Shown here: in pieces, positions 26,655-37,937 of the stretch
Layout: every line of letters begins with the position of its first letter
How positions within the stretch are numbered: the first letter of the stretch is position 1
NCBI GenBank assembly: GCA_035221665.1
Contig: CM069145.1
Span: 16,306,001-16,370,000 of the forward strand
Length of the DNA: 64,000 bases
Reading direction: 5' to 3'
From: Okamejei kenojei
Lineage: Eukaryota
Program-made: the position numbers and the translations under genes
Notes under the pieces: generated by a model
What the model was told of the DNA's origin: nothing
Seen by the model: the letters and a program-made list of their open reading frames with translations, nothing else
Databases searched by the model: none

Positions 26655-27315
26655 TTACTCCTGAAGAAGCGGGTGAAGTATTAAATGAGTATTTTGCATT
26701 GATATCCAGCAAAGAGAAAGTCGTGGAGGACAGCAAGCTCGGGAGGGAGGTATCAGCAGGAAGTACATTAAAGTGGATGTCCCCAGGGGCTGATTGGACC
26801 TACCCCAAGTTATTGATAGAAGGAAGAGAGGAAATTGCTGCCCTGACAGAGATCTTAGATCCTCTGTACCAACAGATGTGGTCTGAGAGAACTGGACAAT
26901 AGCCATTGAGCCGTACATCAGGGATGGAGAAATTATTGGAGAAGATTCTTGGACAGGATTTACTCACATCTGGATTGGATTGGACAGGATTTACTCATAT
27001 CTGGAAAAGCATAGACTTACTTGGGATAATCAGCAGGGCTTAAATTGAATATTATGAGGATGATTGATGAGGGAAAGGCAGTGGATTTTTTATACAAGGA
27101 GTTTAGTAAAGTATTTCACAAGCTACTTCATGATAGACTCATCCAAAAGATTAAGGCACATGGGATCCTTGATTTGGTAGATTGGATTCAAAATCAGAGT
27201 ACAGTGTTGGAAAGGTGTTATTCTGACTGGAGGTCTTTGAGCAGTAAAGTCCAACAGGGATCAATGCTGGGACCATACGTATATGATTTGGTTGAAAATG
27301 TAAATTCAGATTAAG
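26655..27315 (+). mobile_element. CR1/HER1-like ORF2 fragments
   Basis: GEVLNEYFA, SPGADWTYPKLL.EGREEIA, IDEGKAVDFLYKEFSKVFHKLLHDRL, VQQGSMLGP. Confidence 0.85.
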
Positions 27316-27458
27316 NNNNNNNNNNNNNNNNNNNNNNNNNNNNNNNNNNNNNNNNNNNNNNNNNNNNNNNNNNNNNNNNNNNNNNNNNNNNNNNNNNNNN
27401 NNNNNNNNNNNNNNNNNNNNNNNNNNNNNNNNNNNNNNNNNNNNNNNNNNNNNNNNNN
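27316..27458. other. Assembly gap (N run)
   Basis: 143 consecutive N. Confidence 1.
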
Positions 27459-27568
27459 CGAAACGTTGCCTATTTCCTTCGCTCCATAGATGCTGCTGCA
27501 CCCGCTGAGTTTCTCCAGCACTTTTGTCTACCTTCAATTTTCCAGCATCTGCAGTTCCTTCTTAAACA
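27459..27568 (+). mobile_element. Short Penelope-derived element (same subfamily as 2736-2885)
   Basis: cGAAACGTTgcctatttccttcgctccatagatgctgc...gcagttccttcttaaaca; 5' part lost in the gap. Confidence 0.8.
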
Positions 27569-27599
27569 AGGTAGGGTTAAGAGTGAGAGTAAGCGGCAG

Positions 27600-27800
27600 C
27601 ACCTCCAGGAATGAGGTGAGAAAATGATGAATGATTCAGGAGTCGGGTGGCAGTCGGGGAAAAAGATGTTCTTGAGTCTGGATCGCTGAGCTTTATAACC
27701 CGTGATATCTTTTCACAGAATGTGGAAGAGAGAAAAGGGAATAGCCAGGTTGAAAGACATCCGTGGTGACACGTCCAGCCTTCCTGATACAACGCACTGT
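27600..27800 (-). mobile_element. Rex1-like fragment
   Basis: Minus-strand peptide SRTSFSPTATRLLN. Confidence 0.55.
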
Positions 27801-27829
27801 GAAATGGATTGTATTGAAGGAACAGACAT

Positions 27830-28788
27830 AGTTCTGGCCATTGCATTACAGGAAGGATGCGAAGCTTGGTTGAGGATGCAGAAAACGTTCATCAGGATAT
27901 TGCATGGATTAAAGAGCATTAGCTTATAAAGAGAGGTTGGAAACATTGATTGTTTTTTCTGGAGTGATGTAGCCTGAGGGGCAATTGACAGAAAGCCATG
28001 ACATTATAAGATAGGCATAGAGGCATAGATAGGGTAACACCTTATTTGCAGGGTGGAAATCAATAATACTGGAGGGCATGGCTTTAAGGAGAGGGTGGTA
28101 AGATTAAAGGAGACTAAAGTGTCGTGTTATTCTATACTGGGAGTGTTCAGTGCCTGGAACATGCTGCCAGAGGAGGCTGTTGAAGCAGATATAATGGCAA
28201 TGTTTAAGAGGCCCATAAACAAGCAAAGAATGGAGAGATATAAACCATGTGCAGGTACATGGGATTAGTTCAAATTACCATCATGGTCAGCACAGACATC
28301 ATAGGTGAAGGGCATAGAAACATAGAAATATAGAAAATAGGTGCAGGAGGAAGCCATTCGGCCCTTGAAGCCAGCACCGCCATTCATTGCGATCATGGCT
28401 GATCATCCCCAATCAATAACCCGTGCCTGCCTTCTCCCCATATCCCTTGATTCCACTTGCCCCTAGAGCTCTATCTAACTCTCTCTTAAATCCATCCAGT
28501 GATTTGGCCTCCACTGCCCTCTGTGGCAGGGAATTCCACAAATTCACAACTCTCTGGGTGAAAAAGTTTTTTCTTACCTCAGTCTTAAATGGCCTCCCCT
28601 TTAATCTAAGACTGTGGCCCCTGGTTCTGGCCTCGCCCAACATTGGGAACATTTTTCCTGCATCTAGTTGTCCAGTCCTTTTTGATAATTTTATAAAATT
28701 ATATAAGATCTATAAGATTTCGCCTCACCCTTCTAAACTCCAGTGATGTTATGGCCTGTTTCTATGCTATATGTTTCTATGTTCTAAG
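27830..28788 (+). mobile_element. CR1/HER1-like 3' end, interrupted by a younger CR1
   Basis: MQKTFIRILHGL, AWNMLPEEAVEA; tail ggtgaagggc...ggcctgtttctatgct is split by the 28314-28745 insert. Confidence 0.75.
28314..28745 (-). mobile_element. Young CR1 LINE 3' fragment
   Basis: MFPMLGEARTRGHSLRLKGRPFKTEVRKNFFTQRVVNLWNSLPQRAVEA; (catagaaa)n tail. Confidence 0.92.
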
Positions 28789-28812
28789 TATTTCAATCCT
28801 CTACCAATGAAG

Positions 28813-29255
28813 CCACTTAGGAGACCTGAACAGAAACCTCTGGTGATGTTGCCCGCCACCCAAGGTTTCCATGAGGTCACAGGAGGTTTTGGTCACTCTC
28901 CCTAATGGTCGAAAGTGGTTTCCGCATTGTCGAGGCTTCATCTAGGTTGCTGCTATTTTTTCATCATGATTAAAACCGGCCTCGACTAAAAATAGGTTGC
29001 CGTTTTGAAAATCGATAATTTTTTTGTTGCAAGTCTAGTTAAAGCTAGTTAAGTCTAGTTAAAGCTGTTTGCGATGCTAGTCAAAGGTAGTTAAGGGAGG
29101 TCGAAGGAGGTTTACTTCATAGTCGAGGAAGGTTTTCAACATATGCGTGGGAGGTGGTAGGAGGTTGCAGGTCACTTCGATCTTGATTTTTTTTTTGGGT
29201 TGCGGGTAAGGTCACCAGAGGTTGCTGTTTATGTCTCCTAAGTGGGACAGGCCCT
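28813..29255. mobile_element. Harbinger-like MITE, left tip missing
   Basis: About 50-bp imperfect TIRs ccacttaggagac..aacctctggtga / tcaccagaggtt..gtctcctaagtgggacaggccct followed by taa. Confidence 0.7.
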
Positions 29256-29299
29256 TAACACAACATTAGACTTCCTACCTGCCTAATGTTAGCTGTCAG

Positions 29300-30450
29300 T
29301 GAGCTGTGTATGAAGACAGCAATGACCCTTTGATCATCAACAATTTCCAAACACTCTACATTTAAAAATTACACGGAATTTCTATTTATTCTGCTAACCA
29401 CACAATTTTCCACAGTGTTTTCCATCTGTTGTGTCAGTGCCAACATACTAAGATTGTCCTGGTTGCCCTGAAGTTTTTTTGCATGCATTTCACGTTTCCA
29501 ATTATTTTTTTTACAATTTCCAAACTTGTCCCCTCAACCGGTTATTGATATCCATTGTAATTAGTTGAAACTAAGCACTAAGCCGTGTGGCACGCCAATA
29601 GTTACAACTTGTAAATGTAAGGAGCACCCTTTCTTTCATGCTCGATGCTTTCTAGCCGACACTTGGGCCTCGCTAGTATATTAACATGATTCCATTTGTT
29701 CTAACCTTGATCACAAACCTGCTATTTGGGACCTTAATGAAAGCCTTCTGTAAATCTAAATACACCACATCCACTACTTTCCCCTCAATCATTCCACTTG
29801 ATACATCCCCAATGATCTTCAATAAATTATTCAAGCTTGATTTCCTTTCCCACATTCACTTTGTTCAATCATTTTTTAATTTCCTTAGTGTCTTCATATT
29901 GCATTCATGATCATAGATTCTAGCAACTTCTTCCGACTGATGTAATGCTGTCAGCTAGGTGATTCCCTGCTTACTCTATACCTTCTTTCAGGAATAGTGG
30001 GGCCACATTGGCTAACCTCTAATCTGCAGGAAACACAATTGCAGAATTACACAATTCACAGAGTTTTTGAAGATGATAACCAGAGCACCTCTTTCACAAC
30101 TCTGGGATGTGGCTCATTGGGATTTATCAATTTCAGGTTCATTAACCTCTCCAGTATTATTTCTTTACCAATATGTTATTTTTTTAAATGTCTTCATTCA
30201 CGCTGGGCCCCAGGTTTCTCCATTATTTCTGTGAGTATTTCTTAGTCTTTTCCCATGAAAAGCAATGGAAAGTATTTGTTTTGTTGCTCTACTCTTTAAC
30301 TTATTCCTCATTATATATTCTCCCGCCTCTGTCTAAAAGAAATCCCCTTTAGCTCTTGTGGATGTTTTTCTACTTACAGGCCAATAGAAATTCCTATCTG
30401 ATTTTCTGTTATAACTCTTGCACCTAATTTTATTTTCTTTATCAATTTCT
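29300..30450 (-). mobile_element. Old CR1-like LINE
   Basis: IEGKVVDVVYLDLQKAFIKVPNSRFVIKVRTNGI and further decayed ORF2 blocks. Confidence 0.75.
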
Positions 30451-30668
30451 TGGTTATCCTTTGTTGAACTATGAAATGTTTTTAGTCCTCCAACCTAGTG
30501 TTTTTTCTAGAAACGTTACAAATCTTTTACTTGGATTTAATACTTTTAATTGTTCTTGCAATTTGCCTGTTGTGTTTTATGCCGTAAAGGAATATGTTTG
30601 CTCTAAATCATATATTATTTCTTTAAAAGGTAGCTATTATCTGTCGACTGCCATGGTTGCACAGTCAC

Positions 30669-30893
30669 ATAGAAACATAGAAACATAGAAATTAGGTGCA
30701 GGAGTAGGCCATTCAGCCCTTCGAGCCTGCACCGCCATTCAATATGATCATGGCTGATCATCAAACTCAGTATCCCGTACCTGCCTTCTCTCCATACCCT
30801 CTGATCCCCTTAGCCACAAGGGCCACATCCAACTCACTCTTAAATATAGCCAATGAACTGGCCTCAACTACCCTCTGTGGCAGAGAGTTCCAG
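30669..30893 (-). mobile_element. Young CR1 3' fragment with 6-bp TSD
   Basis: (catagaaa)n tail and CR1 3' UTR; agtcac at 30663-30668 and 30894-30899. Confidence 0.88.
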
Positions 30894-30937
30894 AGTCACC
30901 TGCCCCTCAGACCTCCAAAGATTTCTTTGTTTAGCCT

Positions 30938-31216
30938 AGGTTTGGTTTGATTTAGTTTAGTTTAGTATAGTTTATAGGTACAGCATGGAAACAAGCCTTT
31001 GGCCCACCAAGTCCACGCCGACCATCGATCACCTGTTCACATTAGTTCTATGTTATCCTATGTTATCTGTAAATGGGCAATTTACAGAGGCCAATTAACC
31101 TACAAACTCGCACACCTTTGGGATGTGAAAAGAAACAGGAGCACCCAGAGGAATCCCATGCAGTCACAGGGACAATGTGCAAACTCCACACAGCGAACAT
31201 CCAAGCTCAGGATTGG
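30938..31216 (-). mobile_element. HE1-like SINE
   Basis: (gttta)n tail, tacagcatggaaacaagcc, reverse V-core. Confidence 0.8.
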
Positions 31217-31690
31217 CTTAGGTTACAAGATTTTTTTTGTTAAAATAAAGATAACAAGCTTTAGAACAAAGATACACACAACATTAGTCTATCTGAAAGA
31301 TGCAGTGGCTCATTCAGACTAAATGGTCTACTCATACTTTTAAACTGCAGAGAAAGGAAATGGGTCAATTCCTGTTAGTTTTGGAAGTGTAATGGTTAAA
31401 AATATCATCTGACCTGTTATTTTCAGCATTAGCTGAAGAGTAATTTTGACACATTCTTGCATTTTCGAAACTGTTCAGTTTCAGCTGCCCAAGGACACAT
31501 AATGTTTTCATACTGCCATTTGGAATGTATGATTACTTTTTGGCAAAGGTTAGTCAAGGGCAAGCCAGAAAGTGTTTCTAGGTGGATACCTTGGCATTCA
31601 AAAGTTATTGTTTCAAATGACAACATTCAACATTCTAAAAATTATGCACCTCGTTTCAGCACAGACTGCCAAAGCAGCTTTATATATTAA

Positions 31691-32864
31691 CTAGACCAAG
31701 TGCGGACCCGTTGGGCCCGCTACCCCAACGCAATATTCCACCAAACTGCGCATTTGCGGCTGCCACGTTCAAAGTTGTGCCATTGTCGGCTGAGATTATG
31801 TTAAATTTAATGATAAAGTGAATAGAGGACCCGTGTTTGTAAAGTAGAAGGAAACATACCCGTGGAGTCGTTGAGACCCCGTTGTGAGTACACGCAAAAA
31901 CATATCAATTAAAAAAAAAAGAAATTTGGGATCCTATTGTGACGTCATTGTGATGTTGTATGCGGCTAATCGGCAGGGCAAGCGGAAAAGTAATTTTTGT
32001 AAAAGTGATTCTTGTAAAGTTTAAAATAACGTAAAATATACCATCAATCTGAATGAAACTTGTTGAATGAAATAACGTAAAATATACCATCAATCTGAAT
32101 GTAAACTTGTTTACATCACAGGACGATGTTGAGCAAGGTGGGCCAAAAATTGTAGCACTATCGTGTATCGTATTGGTGGGATTTTGGACACACACGCACA
32201 CATATATAAATATGAACACACAAATATATTTGTGTGTTCATATTTATATATGAACAAATATACACAAATATATATATATATATAACCAGAGCACCTCTTT
32301 CACAACTCTGGGATGTGGCTCATTGGGATTTATCAATTTCAGGTTCATTAACCTCTCCAGTATTATTTCTTTACCAATATGTTATTTTTTTAAATTTCTT
32401 CATACTTATATATATAACTAAAACTCTCATCTTGACCACTTTCTGTCTGTGCTGTAGTTAAATGTGCGCTACAATTTTTCGCCACCTTAATCACCATTCT
32501 CTGCTGCAAGGCAAATACGTTTTGTACCGATCGGTGAAATAGTACAAAAGTTTTAAAGGTTCCCCCCTCCCCCACACACCCCATCACCCAGAACCCCCCA
32601 CACCTGCCTCCCCCACACCCACCCTCCCCCACAACCCCTCCCCCTCACACACGCCCTCCCCCACATCCCCCCCTCCCCCACACCCAGATTGATGTTATAA
32701 AACTTGACACAAACCACCACAACACAATTGTGAGTAAGGTGGTGCAAAAATTGTAGCGCTATCATGTACTATTTTGGGTGTATGTTCGTGATCACAGTTA
32801 CAGACAGACACACGCGCACGCACAGAAACAAAGAAGATGAGAGTTTTACTAATATATAGATAGA
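31691..32864 (-). mobile_element. Composite non-autonomous Helitron
   Basis: Minus-strand 3' end has hairpin gcgggccc-aac-gggtccgc 11 nt before the terminus ..CTAG|T; 5' end A|TCTATATAT.. at 32860/32864; no TSD. Confidence 0.7.
32561..32686. repeat. C-rich low-complexity tract (G-quadruplex-prone on minus strand)
   Basis: Many runs of C3-C6 separated by short a/ac/t spacers. Confidence 0.85.
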
Positions 32865-34379
32865 TAATGTAGCTTTCCTCTTCTTCGATATTGCCATGTT
32901 GGTGTGAGCAATGAAATAGGCTTCCAGGGCTCATTTCAAAACTGCTTTTAGGCTCCCTATTTACATCTGCAAGGAGTCCATTCCACTTTTGAGTCTCCCA
33001 TAGGTTTGCCTTGAGTCATTTAGTCTGTTCTGTCTGCACTGAGCCAGCAGAGGGTCTTCAACAAGGCACCTCCAGCCCATCTCAGATAAAATGACACACT
33101 TAAACGAAAGGTTCAGATGAGCATGGATGCTCCTTCCATAATTATGACCATGGTCTCTGGCTTGTTAAAGTTGTCCTCCTATTGCAATATTGGCATAATC
33201 ACTAATCACTACCACTGAGTTAGTCCAGCTCTTTGTGTCCATCGTTGGTTCCTTTGTTATTTCCTCATGGAGCCTGCCATCTTAAATCCCTGCTCATATG
33301 ATCCGCTCAGCTTCCATTCACTGGGTATCCTCTCTATTCAAAACTGCTCATGGATTGTCCCTGGGAAAGTAGAGGCATAATGCGTTGGTGAAGGACCCAG
33401 GACGTCCTGGAAGAGTAAATCAAAAAATAACGCTGACACTGCAAATTTGAAATAAATACAGAAGATGTTGAAAACACTCAAGAGGTTGAGCAGCATCTGA
33501 AGTTCAGGACTCTTCGTGACTTTCATTATTCTACGGATACTTCCGAAGCTGCAAGTTTTCAGCATTTTCTCTTTCATGAAACTGTAAGAGATGATGGGTC
33601 GTCATTAAAAACCCACTATCGGGAGCATCTCACACCTATCTGCTCCAGTGCACTTACAGAAAGTTTCCTTGGTATGCATGATCTCCAATCCTTCTAGATC
33701 TACCAAACAAAACCTCTCCATGTGCCTGGTTGAACACATGTAATACAATTCTATTGTTTATTTTGTTTATTTGAGGCAAAATCTCACAAAGAAATTAAAT
33801 TGATTTAAGGATTCTACAATGCATTAAGGACAATACTTGGGGAGAAACCTTCTCATAAGTCATATAGTTGGGGATTATTCCATTTAACCTTCCAAGAATG
33901 AGTGTTCAGACTCTGACCATAATTACAATGCAGATGGGGATCAATTAGGCAGGATCTGTTACTGTAATTACAAACACAGCCTTATAACACATCTGTTTTG
34001 TGCTTTCTTTGTAAGTTAATGGATGTAACCCTGTTCTCACATTCTGACATAAAACTGTAATAAACATGTTTGACTAGGGTCAAATGCAAGGATATTGCTT
34101 TTTAAGCACTTACTCAAAGTAAAATATAACCAGGATGATTTTATTTTCCCTAGAAATCAAAACCTCAAATGTTTGGAATTCTAATGTATCCCTTACATTT
34201 AGCCTCAATATTCCACTAAGAAACTTTTTTTCAGGATTCAATTTCTCATACAATACAAAAGATTTGGCACTTCGCAGATAATGGGCTTAACTATTCGTAT
34301 ACAGATGTTCCACACCAATTTAGCTTCCCTGAGTTTAACAGCAATGCAATCAATTTGAATAATTTCCTACTCACAGGGA

Positions 34380-34550
34380 CTCACAAGGTCCTGCAGATGC
34401 CGGAATCTTGAGAAAACACAAAGTGCCGGAGAAACAAAGTGGGTCAGGCTGCATCTGGAGAGGGAATGGACAGGTGAAGTTTTGGGTTGGGCCCTGTCTT
34501 CAAACTGATTGGCGTAGGGGAACGAAAGCTGGAAAAGAGGGGGGATGGGG
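34380..34550 (-). mobile_element. Short Penelope-derived element
   Basis: ctgcagatgccgg..gggtcaggctgcatctgg..aggtgaagttttgggttgggccctgtcttcaaactga is the reverse of the family with a decayed core. Confidence 0.7.
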
Positions 34551-37500
34551 GCATTTCAACTACCTGTCATAGCAACAAAAGTACAAGAATGAGTGCAACA
34601 AGCATTCCTTGTGCAAAGCTATCAATCTCAATCATAAAGTGTTCCATTAAAAATAAGAGCTGACAATTTTAATCAAGCAAGAGGAAAGCTGTAGGATTGA
34701 GGTGTGAGGAGGATTTCAAATAAGACATTGTATTTATGTCTTATCTCAAAATATTGAGGAACGTACTGGGAAAATGGTGCCTTAGAAGCGTCATTCTAAG
34801 TTTCAATGGATTCAATCTACTAGAACATGTGTTGAGGTAGAAACACCATGTGTGAAATTACTAAATTGATTCAGGTTAGCCAATGGTATCTTCAGTAATT
34901 TGTAACTTCCATCTGAGCTCAAAGAAGGTTGGCCATGGCAGAAGGGTGGATCCAGGAAAGAGGCAATTGCCTGTTCTTCATTTGTTTATTATGTGGTGTA
35001 ATATACCTCTCCTTTGCATTGGCCTCTGTGAGGCTGAACACAATGAGGAGAGAGTCTGGAGGAACACTGAATGCCGAAATTATGTGATCTAAAAGAATGT
35101 ATTGAATCTAGATTGGATTCACCAGCATCGACTTGGTAGGGTTGGATTATGAATGGAAGAAAACACTGATCTGAGGAAGGACGGAGTGGGAGTGCATTGC
35201 ACTTGGGATCTGTGGAGTTAATGGAAAAAGTCAATGTATGATACATTATGTGCAACAAATTGGATGTGATTAGAGCAAGCAGTCTATAACACTGATCTAG
35301 CTTTGGTGGAAGACTGTATGATGGTAATTAATTTAGCATGTAGTGTGCTAATCATCATCAAAAGTTCTGGAGATGTCTTTAGGTCTTCCATAATTTAGGT
35401 GACAAAATCACCAGGGAATCTATTATGTCAATACATATGCTGGTGTTCAACTATGATGGAATTCTCTTAAATGAAGGAATATCATGAAAGTTAATAACCT
35501 TAACCATTGACAATACTTACAGTAATAATCAACAAAATCAATTTGCAGATGCTATCTAAGAAATAACTGATCCTTTGCAAGGGAAGCAAACAAAACTGGC
35601 ATGGTACAAAGAACCCCCAATGAGTTATCAAGGGGAATCTTTGACTGTTTTATTTTAGGGCATAGGTCAAATTATCTGTTAAAATGAATTCAAATGTAAA
35701 TACTCTGCTGATCCTTTGAATATTGTTGCTGGGAGACTTCTTACAGCCAATATACTATTGGAGTGAGCTATAAGAAACACAGATGCTGGAAAGCCATGAC
35801 TACTTCATATGAGCATGAAAACAATAAGTAAACTTTACCTGAATCTTCTACTATAGTTGGATAAACAGATATTCATGAGATGCAAAGATTCCTGCACACT
35901 CCCCTATTCTGCACTTGGTTCCATACATTTCATTGCAAACTTAATCCTATTTTATTGACAACAGCAAGGGAGAGCAATGTCTTACCTCTTGTATGTCTAT
36001 GGCCCTTGCTGTTCTGTATCAGTTAGTAACACATCGCCTTCTATGAGGCAGGAAAGTTATTTCTGCCAATTCCTCTCTTCTGAGGTAATGCACTCCATGA
36101 CCCCAATGGAATTTATCTCTTGTCATCTGGTCGAGTGCCAGTGAAAAGTAGTTCAATTTTACAGTCAGTTGGAGTCCAATATATAAACCTCAGGAAAAAT
36201 ACAATTACCCATCACAGAAGCTGCAAAAACTATTCATTCAGTAAAACAAAACAAGCAATGAACTAACAGCATCCTCTCTTATTAAGAATACAACATTTTA
36301 ATCTGCAATTATGAAGGCTATGGTTTTACACACAAGAGAAAGAGGTGAAAACTGTACATCTGCCTATGCAGTGAATCTCTCTGGTCAAAAACAATTTCAT
36401 TTCCCACCAATATACATTTCTGGAAGCTGGTCTCCAGATGTGAAATGGCAATAAAGGGGAATACCTGGCTGGGTTCCTTGACTGAAATGTGAAGGTGCGG
36501 ATGAAGGAACTAACTGTGGCTCTGTTTGCACAGCTGGTATATTAAAGTTTAGAGCTTTCCCACCGAAGCCTGTGGGTGGCCGGAAAAATGTCTTCATAGC
36601 CTACGTGATGTCCATTCATATTGTGTTTTGCTTTGTCTTATGCTGATGAATGGACCAGGCTCCTAAAAGTGTTATTTTTGAGGAAGTGGACCTTCACCAA
36701 GCTGAGTAATTTCACTCTCCTGATAACACAATAATTTTTCCTGAGGTTAACATTCCAATAATTAGACCATGGACCCCATTTGTAGTTTTTCCCACAGCAT
36801 CTAAATCGGAATCAAAAAGCAATAGAAGCCAAAGTATTACCTTTCTATTCCCACTGCTTTAGCATTTTCACATTCCAGGGGGAAAAAAATGGTTGATTTA
36901 ATAAGTCTTAAAACTCCAGTGGCTACCACATTATCTGACAAATGTGTTGAAACATTTCTGTTGTGTGGGGAGGTTGGCCTAAACTTCAAAGTTACTCCAT
37001 GTTCCTAAGCAACTGAGTTCAAGTTTTTAACGTAGTATTAAAATTCATTTCAAACATCGGGGCTTCAGGTTTCTGGCATGGCAGAATATTTTGTGCTTTT
37101 CATTTGTCTAAATCCTGATTGATAGCGTGATAGGGCACACTCGCAATTTGAGTTTGGTTCTATGTGCGTATGACAGGCTTACCCATGGAGGCTGCCGGGT
37201 ATGTGTTGCAACATCAATCAGTGAACACGCCTGTACAATGTGGTTTGTGCAACATTCTATCATTCACACACTACTGGCAAACATGGCAGGTTTCATCCAC
37301 AGGTGCAGGTCTTAATCATAGAGTTGTGGCTTGCTCCGGCATTCATTAAAGGACTTGTTGCTACCGAGGTAGCCCGAAGCCTCTGTGGAGACGATCCTTC
37401 TTAAGATGAGTTTCTGTTTTGTCTCTGCACTCGGAGTGATTGCTCCTGTCCATCCCCACATTCCATCTTCCTCCTTGCTGAGGTTCTGCAGCTTTCCACA

Positions 37501-37671
37501 AATTAATTTCCATCTCACATCTCATCTTAACTTGAATACATTTTCTTCATTTTTCTCCAATTTGCTCAATTTCCCCTCTGATCATCTCCCACACTGGGAT
37601 CAGCTCCCCCCCCCCCAACCACCCAACAACCTGGTCTCGAATTCCTCTCTGAAATACCACTCCCTGCTGTA

Positions 37672-37937
37672 TAGTTTAGTTTAATTGGGAGATACAGTAT
37701 GGAAACAGGCTCTTCAGCCCATCAAATCCACACCGACTATTGACTACTCTTTCACACTAGTTCTATGTTATTCTGCTCTCTCATCCATTCCCTACACACT
37801 AGGGGGCAATTTACAAAGACCAATTAACCTTCAAACCAGCACATCTTTGGGATGTGGGAGACAACTGGAGCACGGGAAGAATCCCATTGGGTCTCTGGCG
37901 TGGTGAGGCAGAAGCTTTACCTACTGCTCCACTGCAC
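37672..37937 (-). mobile_element. HE1-like SINE
   Basis: gatacagtatggaaacaggc tail, reverse V-core, partial head. Confidence 0.8.

Noticed and set aside
26949-27005. 26-bp tandem duplication (one mismatch)
   Set aside because: Ordinary slippage inside a dead CR1.
35986-37381. Several minus-strand splice-like signals and the ORF at 36397-36597
   Set aside because: Candidate exons either have stops in all frames or lack a pyrimidine tract; a non-coding transcript cannot be excluded but is unsupported.
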